From: Eledone cirrhosa
Lineage: Eukaryota
DNA length: 64,000 bases
Direction of reading: 5' to 3'
Assembly (NCBI GenBank): GCA_964016885.1
Contig: OZ024744.1
Coordinates: 52,204,001-52,268,000 of the forward strand
Shown here one piece after another: positions 41,397 through 52,859 of the stretch (position 1 is its first letter; each line of letters begins with the position of its first letter). A program made the position numbers and the translations under genes. A model generated the notes under the pieces. It made no database searches. It was given only the letters and a program-made list of their open reading frames with translations, and had not been told where the DNA came from.

Positions 41397-43452
41397 ATGT
41401 CTGTGGTGTCTGGTGTCTGTTGTGTCTCTGGTGTCTGGTGTCTGTGGTGTCTGGTGTCTGTTGTGTCTCTGGTGTCTGTTGTGTCTCTGGTGTCTGGTGT
41501 CTGTGGTGTCTGGTGTCTGTTGTGTCTCTGGTGTCTGGTGTCTGTGGTGTCAGGTGTCTGTGATGTCTGTGGTGTCTGGTGTCTGGTGTCTGTTGTATCT
41601 CTGGTGTCTGTGGTGTCTGTGGTGTCAGGTATATATAGTGTCTGTGGTGTCTGGTGTCTTTGTGTCTCTGGTGTCTGTTGTGTCTCTGGTGTCTGTGGTG
41701 TCTGGTGTCTGTTGTGTCTCTGATGTCTGGTGTCTGTGGTGTCTGGTGTCTGTGGTGTCTGGTGTCTGTGGTGTCTGTGGTGTCTGTAGTGTCTGTGGTG
41801 TCTAGTGTCTGTTGTGCCTCTGGTGTCTGGTGTCCGTGTTGTCTGGTGTATGTTGTGTCTGTGGTGTCTGGTGTCTGTGGTGTCTGTGGTGGCTGGTGTC
41901 TGTTGTGCCTCTGGTGTCTGGTGTCTGTGTTGTCTGGTGTCTGTCGTGTCTCTGGTGTCTGTGGTATCTCTGGTGTCTGGTGTCTGTCGTGTCTCTGGTG
42001 TCTGTTGTGTCTGTGGTGTCTGGTGTCTGTGGTGTCTGGTGTCTGTTGTGCTTCTGGTGTCTGGTGTCTGTGGTGTCTGGTGTCTGTGGTGTCTGGTGTC
42101 TGTTGTGTCTCTGGTATCTGGTGTCTGTGGTGTCTGGTGTCTGTGGTGGCTGTGGTGTCTCTGGTGTCTGGTGTGTGGTGTATGTTGTGTCTCTGGTGTC
42201 TGGTGTCTGTGGTGTCAGGTGTCTGTGGTGTCTGTTGTCTGGTGTCTCAGGTGTCTGGTGTCTGTAGTATCTCTGGTGTCTGTGGTGTTTGTTGTGTCTC
42301 TGGTGTCTGGTGTCTGTGGTGTCTGGTGTCTGTTGTGTCTCTGGTGTCTGGTGTCTGTGGTGTCTGGTGTCTGTTGTGCTTCTGGTGTCTGGTGTCTGTA
42401 GTGTCAGGTGTCTGTGGTGTCTCTGGTGTCTGGTGTCTGTGGTGTCTGTGGTGTCTGGTGTCTGGTGTCTGTGCTGTCTGGTGTCTGTGATGTCTGTGGT
42501 GTCTGGTGTCTGTGGTGTCTCTGGTGTCTGGTGTCTGGTGTCTGTTGTGTCTGTGGTGTCAGGTGTCTGTGGTGTCTAGTGTCTGTGGTGTCTCTGGTGT
42601 CTGGTGTCTGTGGTGTCTCTGGTGTCTGGTGTCTGGTGTCTGTGGTGTCTGGTGTCTCTAGTGTCTGGTGTTTGTGGTGTCTGTTGAGTCTGGTGTCTGT
42701 GGTGTCTGGTGTCTGTGGTGTCTGGTGTCTGTTGTGTCTGTGGTGTCTGGTGTATGTGGTGTCTGGTGTCTAGTGTTTATAGTATCTCTGGTGTCTGTGG
42801 TGTCTCTTGTGTCTCTGGTGTCTGTGGTGTCTGGTGTCTGGTATCTGTGGTGTCTGGTGTCTGTGGTGTTTGGTGTCTATGGTGTTTGTGGTGTCTGGTG
42901 TCTGTGGTGTCTGGTGTCTGTTGTGTATGTGGTGTCAGGTGTCTGGTGTCTGTGGTGTCTGGTGTCTGTGGTCTCTGGTGTCTAGTGTCTCTGGTGTCTA
43001 GTGTCTATAGTATCTCTGGTGTCTGTGGTGTCTCTTGTGTCTGTGGTGTCTGGTGTCTGTGGTGTCTGGTGTCTGTGGTGTCTGGTGTCTGTGGTGTCTG
43101 GTGTCTATAGTATCTCTGGTGTCTGTTGTCTCTGGTGTCTGTGGTGTCTGGTGTCTGGTATCTGTGGTGTCTGGTGTCTGTGGTGTCTGGTGTCTATGGT
43201 GTCTGTGGTGTCTGGTGTCTGTGGTGTCTGGTGTCTGTTGTGTATGTGGTGTCAGGTGTCTGGTGTTTGTGGTGTCTGGTGTCTGTGGTGTCTGGTGTCT
43301 GTGGTCTCTGGTGTCTAGTGTCTCTGGTGTCTGGTGTCTATAGTATCTCTGGTGTCTGTGGTGTCTCTTGTGTCTGTTTTGTCTGGTGTCTGGTGTCTGG
43401 TGTCTGTGGTGTCTGGTGTCTGGTGTCTTTGGTGTCTGGTGTCTGTGGTGCC
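41397..43452. repeat. 2.05-kb GT-rich satellite of interleaved 7-mer (GGTGTCT) and 9-mer (GTGGTGTCT, GTTGTGTCT, CTGGTGTCT) units
   Basis: Directly visible; accounts for all ORFs at 41397-43534. Confidence 0.95.
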
Positions 43453-44053
43453 AATGATATCGCTATGTATGTGCTGTCTCTATGTCTATGTTTGTGTTTA
43501 CAAACCAGTGACAAAATATCATAGTTTTACCTAATTTAACTAGCTGTTTTCATATCTTCATACCAGTTAACCGCACACCCAGCTGTCTTTCTAAACATCC
43601 ATACTCACCTTTTTAGGAAGAAATGCTGTTGCTGTGCATTGCTGTCTCTTGGTAATTGTCACGGCTAATGTGATTGGTTTAGACATTACCTTCTGACTTT
43701 GGACTAAGTCACCTCCATTTATACGACAGTATTCGAATGTCTGGTGTAATATTTTCCAATTTATATATACCACATATCTTCTGTCCTACCATTTCCTTAT
43801 ACACTGCAAGTTATAATCCCATAACTATCCTGGCATTACACTTGCCTACCCGGGGTGGATAAGGTTCTAAATTTGGTTAAATTGCATACATACGTAGATT
43901 GCCCCCCCCCCCCCCCCATCCCGCCCAAATTATACATATACACACATAGAATCATATATATGTATATATTCCTATATCTGTATGTATATATCAATATATC
44001 TATATCTGTATAACTCTCTCTGTACACACACACAAACATGCACATTCATACAA

Positions 44054-44144
<91 letters not shown>

Positions 44145-44197
44145 AGTATGCATGTATACGTACATACATATATGTATACAGACGTACAGTAGCATGC

Positions 44198-44228
<31 letters not shown>

Positions 44229-44392
44229 TATATACATATACATACAGGTACACATACATACATGCACGCATCAGTTTAGCGGCGCTTATTATAACGTCGC
44301 TTTGTTCGTTTGTAAACAAACAGAACAGCCTGAATTTATGCCATACGGTGTTAAGGCAACCACGTCACCTTTTTGTTCAACACTGACACAGG

Positions 44393-44437
44393 AACGATGT
44401 ACTAGTTTCAAGCTTGTTAGCTATCATCAGCACCGTT
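44393..44437 (-). ncRNA. Type I hammerhead ribozyme with minimal palindromic stem III
   Basis: AACGGUG-CUGAUGA-U AGCU AACA AGCU U-GAAA-CUAG-UA-CAUCGUU. Confidence 0.9.
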
Positions 44438-44868
44438 TACCCATCTGCCAGATAGTTGAACGTTCGAAAGTATATACTTTCCTTATGAAAATTAACGGCT
44501 GAGCAGCCTATTTGGCATATTGAGTGAGTTAAATCGGTCAGGCATACCGAAAACGATAAATTGAAACAAAATGAAAACGAAATTTCATTTCTCACTCTTA
44601 GTATGGCACTTACTTAAATGTAAGTATGCATGTATACGTACATACATATATGTATACAGACGTACAGTAGCATGCATATATATATATATATATATATACA
44701 TATATATATACATATGCATACAGGTACACATACATACATGCACGTATCAGTTTAGCGGCGCTTATTATAACGTCGCTTTGTTCGTTTGTAAACAAACTGA
44801 ACAGCCTGAATTTATGCCATACGGTGTTAAGGCAACCACGTCACCTTTTTGTTCAACACTGACACAGG

Positions 44869-44913
44869 AACGATGTACTAGTTTCAAGCTTGTTAGCTAG
44901 CATCAGCACCGTT
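44869..44913 (-). ncRNA. Tandem hammerhead copy with a core mutation (CUGAUGC)
   Basis: Identical to 44393-44437 except A9->C. Confidence 0.75.
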
Positions 44914-45052
44914 TACCCATCTGCCAGATAGTTGAACGTTCGAAAGTATATACTTTCCTTATGAAAATTAACGGCTGAGCAGCCTAATTTGCATATTTAA
45001 GTAAGTGCCATACTAAGAGTGAGAAATGAAATTTCGTTTTCATTTTGTTTCA

Positions 45053-45090
<38 letters not shown>

Positions 45091-45393
45091 AATAGAATGA
45101 AACGAAATTTCGTTTCTCACTCTTAGTACGCCACTTACTTAAATGTAAGTGTGTATGTATGTATACGTACATACATATATGTATACAGACGTACATTAGT
45201 ATGTATATATATACATACATGCACACATATATATATATATTTAAAGGTTAAACAAGGTTCAATGAATAAATCAATGAATAAAGTTTTACAATAGATTAGA
45301 AGCACTCCACAGTAATGGTTTTCCGGAGTTATTAATAACTGCCTTGACTGAATTTTAACCATCTACTTAGTCAAGGTATTTCAAGCATCATCT

Positions 45394-45460
45394 TATTTCA
45401 TCTGATGAGGACGTACTGTTGAAGATAGCTCAGTACCTCTGAAATATGTATAATAAAATA
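45394..45460 (+). ncRNA. Type I hammerhead ribozyme in a PLE 3'-end fragment (45240-45510)
   Basis: UAUUUCAU-CUGAUGA-GGAC GUACUG(12 nt)CAGUAC CUCU-GAAA-UAUGUA-UA-AUAAAAUA. Confidence 0.75.
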
Positions 45461-45509
45461 TACTTGATCACACGTATGTCTATATTTGTTAATATTTTGA
45501 ATTAATATA

Positions 45510-45558
<49 letters not shown>

Positions 45559-45606
45559 CTACATATATATGTGTGTATGTGCGTGCGTGCATGTGTGTGT
45601 GTGTGT

Positions 45607-45805
45607 CCCGGATTCAATCGGAGATAACCACAGTCAGTAAGGTACTCAATACATAGTAGAGTATATAAAATATTTAATATAGAAATGGATTCTAAAATGT
45701 TCGAACTGCTTCATTCGAAGGAAATCCTGTGGGCTTACCAGATGATTTCCTTCGAATAGAACAGTTCTAATCTTGTAGAAGCCATTTCTATATTAAATAG
45801 TATAT
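45607..45805. mobile_element. Older fold-back copy of the 5462/15167 family with a degenerate hammerhead
   Basis: CCCGGATTCAATCGGAGATAACCACAG..GTACTCAATAC matches 15177-15220; the inverted arm has CAGATGA TTTCCTTCGAAT AGAA CAG..TTG TA GAAGCC. Confidence 0.65.
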
Positions 45806-46739
45806 ATCTGTACATATATATATAGGTGTGTGTGTGTGTGCGTGTCTGTGTGAATTACTACGTGAATGTGTATTGTATGCATAAAGCGACCAATTGTTCA
45901 AAGTCCTTCATGTCACTATATTACATAGAAGAGACCTTACATATGTGGTTATAGTATACAATATTTAATATAAAACGTGCCCTCCACTACTGAAGACCTT
46001 ACCACGCATGATACTGTTAGTATTCACAATGGAGTTGATTCAATGGATATCCATCGGTTTCGGTGATGTGTGTTCCAGTTGTTCAAACAACGGAACAGGC
46101 CTCCCATGAAATTAACGAGTATGTGGCTGAAATTTCATTCCACAGACACGTGCTCTCTTAAGATAATTCTCAGTGAGATTCAGGGCAATACAGTGTATAA
46201 GGAGGTTATGTATGGCAAATGAGACTTGCTCCGGAAGGCATGTGATGGGATCGAATCTGAAACCTAATGATTGCTAAGGGAACATCTAAACCATGTAGTC
46301 ATGCTACGTTAACATATACATATGTATCACTACACCCACTCGTTTTAACTATATATTGATCGTTTCTAAGTCTTGAACTTTCCTTTACCCTAGTCTGGAC
46401 GAATTTCTGTATATTTTTTCTGTGTAAATAATATCGATTACGAGTAAATAATATCAATGTTATCGATTAATATACGCACATAATCCTCACGATGAACGGT
46501 TATTTCATTCCTTGGAATTTTTTTACAACATAAAGTTTGTATCGCCCATCATTAAATCATTATATTCAATTCTTGTAAAATGGGAGTTTATATACTCACA
46601 GGCGGCCATTTTATATTTACGCAGTCGTAGCATAATACACCAATATAAACAATCTTTATTTTAAGCATCCAATCAAAGACAAACATCGAAATATTTCTGG
46701 GATTTTTCTGCAATCTATTCGTGCAATATTCCCATTTAA

Positions 46740-46846
<107 letters not shown>

Positions 46847-46859
46847 TATATATATATAT

Positions 46860-47515
46860 AGAGTAAGGCTGGTGTGGCTAGACAAAAATGCTGGTCTCCT
46901 ACTCATCAATGCAAGGAAAACAGATTATGCAATTACTTTATACAGTGATGATACACTATAAATCTGGATAGAAACTAAAAGGCTTTGAAAGTCTCAAATA
47001 TCACGCAACATGGGCAGTTAGCTCAGAAATAAACATATCAACATAAGGAAGGCAATTGTAAGGCAAGTATATGCTAAATGAGCAATGATCTGGAAGCTTA
47101 TCCCGAGGAAAATTATTATGATCAAATGCCTTACCAATGGTTTAATCTGTCTTGTTATATTGCTGTGAAACCTGGACACTCTAATTCACAGAAGTTTGAA
47201 AATCAGTTTAACTGAATGTATATCACATGTTACTGATGACTCTTAAGATCGTCTAGAAGGGCTGCACCACAAATAGAGATCTTTATAATGGACTACAACA
47301 TTGAAGCATGTGATTGACAAATCACTGTATGAGACATCTTGAAGAAATGACCTCAAATCTGGTGCTATGGCAGCCAACACAGAGACAAATAAACCGCGAG
47401 AGACAAACCACTAACTTTATTGACAGATGACTGTATCAGAAATATAAACAGTGATGGTGGAGTGAGACACCTGGTTGGTTTCCCATGTTCGATCACATAG
47501 ATCGGTTGAGATGAG
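46860..47515 (+). mobile_element. Highly decayed RTE-clade RT C-terminal fragment between (TA)n
   Basis: Reads INIRKAIV and SVLLYCCETWTL (cf. the RTE motif LLYGCETWTL). Confidence 0.6.
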
Positions 47516-47754
47516 CTTATATATATATATTGTGTGTCTGCGGTAAGAAAACAGGGAAGTCTACAAATCAGAATAACTACATTACAATATCAAAATAATT
47601 TACAGAAAAACCAAATACAAAACCACAATGGACGAAAGAAACAAAATAGCAAAATCGTCAAACATATTACAATATAATTAGAACTCAATAACAAGAACAA
47701 CAAGAACAACATTATCTATCAATCTATCAATCTATCTATCTATCTATCAGTCTG

Positions 47755-47794
<40 letters not shown>

Positions 47795-47795
<1 letters not shown>

Positions 47796-48056
47796 TGGGC
47801 CTTCTCTGTTTATAAGCCTGTAGGTTGAGGAAGAGAGCAAAAGGAAGAAAGGAGCACTTGCACAACACGCTCCTCGAGTTGAGGGTTGTTCTATCGACGG
47901 GGTATTAAACAACCCATTTGTGGCGCCTCCCCCCTATTGGGGATTTCGATTGTTGAAATTGTTTGTTTTTATATTTTTTACACGACTGTATGTAAAATCC
48001 CCGGCATGTCTTTGCATTGTCCCCTTTCTTGTTGCGCCCTTGTGGCTAATAAAGAA

Positions 48057-48060
<4 letters not shown>
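47795..48060 (+). mobile_element. L1/Tx1 3' UTR fragment inserted in (TATC)n
   Basis: Ends GCCCTTGTGGCTAATAAAGAAATC; (TATC)n on both sides. Confidence 0.85.
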
Positions 48061-48117
<57 letters not shown>

Positions 48118-48334
48118 CCAGTCTGTCTATCTATCAGTCTGTCTATCTATCAGTCTGTATAGCTGTCTCTTTCACTAGATAATGCTTATAAGCAGATTCC
48201 TGAAACTAAATATATCAAAACTAACTTAATTACATATACGTATGTCAATTTAGTTTAACACAAATTATTTCTAGTTAGCATTTTAATGAACCCCCCCCCC
48301 CCACACACACACACTCATAGCCCCCCCCCCCTCT

Positions 48335-48740
48335 TCATCACGATCATTATGATCATCATGATCATCATCCTGATGCTCCTATTCCTCCTGCTCCTCCCCA
48401 TCCTCTTCAGCTTGTTCCTCTGCCTACGCCGTCACACCACCACCGCCACGACCACCACCACCACGACCACCACCACCACTACCACTACCACCATCACCAC
48501 CATCACCCCCACGGCGACGACGACGGCGACGACGAAGAGCAGCACCACCACCGCCACCACTACCACCATCACCACCACCAACACCACCACCACCACCACC
48601 ACCGACACCACCACCACCGCCACTACTACCACCATGACCACCACCAACACCACCAACACCACCAACAACAACAACAACACCACCACCACCACCACCACCC
48701 CTACACCGCCACCACCGCCACCGCCACCACCGCCACCATC
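48335..48740. repeat. Compound (ATC)/(CAC)/(AAC)/(CCG) trinucleotide tract
   Basis: Directly visible. Confidence 0.9.
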
Positions 48741-48975
48741 ATTAGATCAACATTTTAGATTACCCTTAATATCTATTCCATTTCCGATGTAACGTAGGAA
48801 GAATTTAACTTGTATATATATTGAATAACATGTTGTTTAGGAAAATGATTAAGCACATACACACGCTCATATACATATATATATATATATATATGCACGC
48901 ACATACAGACACACACACATATATATATATATACATATTATATATGTATATTATGCGGGTGATGGTGTATGTATA

Positions 48976-49144
<169 letters not shown>

Positions 49145-49194
49145 TAGTTATAATAGATACAAAGACGTAAATCCAGAGAGAACTTATTAAGAGT

Positions 49195-49244
<50 letters not shown>

Positions 49245-49405
49245 TGTGTGTGTGTGTGTGTCATTGCAAATCTCTCCTTATATATATATATATATATAGG
49301 GAGAGATTTATTATGACCCCCCCCCCCCCCACACACACAAACACACACACACACTTATTTATATATATATATACATATATATATATATACACATACATAT
49401 GTATG

Positions 49406-49493
<88 letters not shown>

Positions 49494-49551
49494 TATATAT
49501 ATATATATGTGTAAATATATATATATACGCACACACACACAAGTATATAAA

Positions 49552-49619
<68 letters not shown>

Positions 49620-50082
49620 CATATATATATATGTGTGTGTGTGTGTGTTGAATATTATTAGTTTGTTTAGTTGCTAGCAGAAAAACGATATTAATTAGAA
49701 ATGCAATCTTGCTCTTGTATTATTTGATACGTCTCCCAACCTGATAATTACATTTGTGACTCTACTCTTCAGGAACAATACCTTTCTATGGAACTCTCTA
49801 ATGAAAAGAGTCGAGGAAAAAAGCAAACAACTGAAATATTTCATTTGTATTCCGTTTTTCCTCATTTCCATTTTCTTTCGCTTTTCATGAAGGTATCACT
49901 CCCTCTATTTCCCTCTCTTTCTATCCTTTTCTCTCCCTGATAATTCTTCCTTCTCTTTTGTCCTCCACCCTCTCACTCGCTTCCTCTTTACCTTCATACC
50001 GCAGAAAATTTCTTTAATATATACATTTATATGTTTGTTTTTTTTATTATTATTATTATTTATTATTATTATTATTATTGTA

Positions 50083-50290
50083 GGGCGGTGGATTGGCAAA
50101 GGGCGGTGGATTGGCAGTATCGGTAGAGGGTCAGACACCATGCTTTGCAACAAAGAGTTACGGTCCTTTATGGTATGAGTACAAATCCCGCCGAGGTTAA
50201 CTTTGCCTTTCATCCTTATGGGGTCGATAAAATAAAGTACCAGTAATAGACTGGGATAATTGCTGGCCTTGTGCCAAAAGTAGAAACAAT
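50083..50290 (+). mobile_element. tRNA-derived SINE with a duplicated 5' head, in (ATT)n
   Basis: GGGCGGTGGATTGGCA occurs twice, followed by the standard body and tail. Confidence 0.9.
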
Positions 50291-50314
50291 TATTATTATT
50301 ATTGTATATATCTG

Positions 50315-50580
50315 TAAATTAAAGGTGGAAAACTGGGAGAGGGCACTTACCTTAGTGGTCAGGGTCATTGTGGCTTTTTACAGGGCTTTCTCCACAAATG
50401 TCCCTCCGAAGTCTCCCCCCTATTGGGGAATTTTTCATTGTTATTTTCATTGTTATTTTTGTTACATCCTCTGTTTTTGTTTTTTACACGCAGAAATGCC
50501 CATTTGTACCGTCCTGCATTGTCCTGCACTGTCCTTAATGTCTACTTTATGTAAACCCTTGTGGTTAATAAAGAAATCAT
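50315..50580 (+). mobile_element. L1/Tx1 3' UTR fragment in (ATT)n context
   Basis: CCCCCCTATTGGGGA.TT and the CCCTTGTGGTTAATAAAGAAATC terminus. Confidence 0.8.
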
Positions 50581-50877
50581 TATTGTAATGCTGTTGTTAT
50601 TGTTGTTGTCATTAACATTATTATTACCATTATTATTATGTACGCGCATGTATGAAGACGCACTTGTATGAAGACGCACAAGTCTGCGGGGGAAAAGGTT
50701 TGTAAATTTAAGCTGTTTTAAAGTATCAATTTTTTGTATTTTCTTGTCGTTAACGAAACATAAGGTACCCACGTTGGTCTCAAGGCAGAGAGACCTCTCA
50801 ATATTCTGGCTTTAATCCCGAATATTCAGATTTATTTTTAAAAACATCGAAAAAATCGCTTCCCCACCAAAAAAAAA

Positions 50878-52830
50878 ATGGAAATTGTCGACCTTGAAAC
50901 GGTAAACAACGTTCAGGTCAAAAGTTCAAAAGCAGCCACTGTAGATCTCACCACAACTACGACTACTACAGACATGTCTGTCGTCCATTCCACTGAATAT
51001 GAAGGCAAAACTCAAAAGTTACCATCACAACCGCTCCCTTCTGTGTTAGCAGCAGTATCATCCGAAAACGACATCACCACCACCACCACAACAACAACGA
51101 CAATAACACTGACAGCTTCAATGTAAACACGGATGGCGGTGGCAACAGCAACAACAAACAAAACAGCACCAACAACAACAGCAAGAACGACAACACCAAC
51201 AACAAGAGCAACAGAGGCACCACCTTTGCTGCAGTAGCAGCAAAAACAAAACGCTTATTGAATATTGATATTAGCGATAAAGACGAACAGTTGGCCCAGG
51301 CGTGCAGGCTAATTAAACGGGAGAAGTCCTGGTCAAATCTGACTATCCCGGATGGGTCAATGCAAAGGAGGACGGTGTACTTCCGATGCATTTCAGTGCA
51401 GACACGCAAAGTGGAACTTGCCAGCCAAGCAAAGGTCAAGGCTGCTTTGAAGTGCATCGCAAGTGACATAGAGTATAAAGCAAGGACCAAAGAGTTCGGA
51501 ACCATCTCGGTACTGTTCAAAACCGAGGCCCTTGCTATTAAGCACTCGGTGAACCCCTGCAGAACGGAACGCATTATCATGCACCCGTCCTACATGGGCA
51601 AAAGGACAGTAAAGGTCGGCATTCCCAGGATCCCACCAGGAATAAACATATGGTGGCTCCTGGGATGCGTAATCGAGGAGGGGACAGACACTACCCTCCT
51701 GGATTCAAAAGGACAGAGAGAGATTACTGGTCCGGAATCGATTTGGAGATTCTTCTCCAAATGAAACCAGGGTTCATGAACAACATCCCGGATTTTGCCC
51801 GCCTGCAGGAAGGACGGGACAACATTCCAACTGGTCACTGAGGGAGGAAGGCCGCACAGTTTCGTCTGCGGGGAAGCAACGCATCTACAAGCCTTCAGCC
51901 CGCAGCGCAAAAATGCAGGGGGTCACACACCTCCTTTGTTGCCAACGTCAGTGTCAGCACGGAAAACTGCACCACCACCATCACCAAAAAACAACATCAA
52001 CAAAGACACGGACACCAACATAAAAAAAAACCGGACCACCACCTACACCGAAACCAATCCAAGGGGAAAACGAGGAAAGCTCTCCCACTCCCCCTACCCC
52101 TCCAATTATACACATAGACAAAACAATAAATGCACACACAGACACAGAGACACTCACAACCACAGACCCTTTGTCTTCCAGCAGCGAAGATGAAGGAAAA
52201 CCCAAAAGTGTAAAAAAAAACAGAGACCCCCCCCCCAAAAAAAAAAGCCCCAACAGGACACAAGAACATACACAACAAAAAAATACAGACACCACTAACG
52301 CAAACACTTCCCCAATAACATCAGCACCAATAGCAACATCGACACCACCCCCACAATACCCGAAACGCAAACAACCTAAACAAACACAAGTACAAATAAA
52401 CACACAAATACCTGAAATTGCAGACACCACACCTACAACAAACACACACATACCCGAAACAACACCACCAAAATCATCACCACCACAGTCACCAAAACGA
52501 AAACAAATAAAACCACACCAACAAAATGTTAAAAACTTCGTGCTTGTCAGAAGGGCCAACGATAAACTGATAACCCTCTTAGCACGAAGCGAGGACATTC
52601 AAACAGAAGGGGAGATCTTTGAAATGAACACATTTTGCGTGCCAGAAAATTTGCTTTTGGTCCGAATGTCACTCGATTCCTTCAAAGAATTTCGGGAGAG
52701 CTTTCCTCAAGACGTAGGAACCCCGAATGTGAAACACACATGTAGACTTTTAAAGGGGTTCCCAAAAGAAACTCCACCAACCATGGAGGTCGAACCACCC
52801 GACCTTCACAAGACCCCGGGAGGTAAGTAA
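50878..52830 (+). pseudogene. Tx1 ORF1 (disrupted), with a degenerate zinc knuckle and a Thr/Pro/Lys-rich region
   Basis: GTTFAAVAA, VKVGIPRIPPGI and GRPHSFVCGEATHLQAFSP (CCHC remnant); stops and frameshifts. Confidence 0.75.
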
Positions 52831-52859
52831 AACTTCCCTCTCTCTTTTAGCTTGCCAAC

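Larger units (their letters stand above)
44141..45225 (-). mobile_element. Retrozyme-like element: ~476-478-bp tandem unit with one hammerhead per unit, plus an inverted terminal segment
   Basis: Unit starts at 44141 and 44619; hammerheads at 44393 and 44869; about 44995-45055 is an inverted copy; a further copy follows the (TA)n at about 45090-45225. No protein-coding signal. Confidence 0.85.

Noticed and set aside
41397-43534. Cys/Trp/Val-rich long ORFs in all three plus-strand frames
   Set aside because: An A-poor satellite rarely forms stop codons; there is no frame preference.
48286-48792. Mucin-like ORF (hydrophobic stretch plus poly-Thr/Pro)
   Set aside because: It consists entirely of compound trinucleotide repeats, with no splice or homology support.
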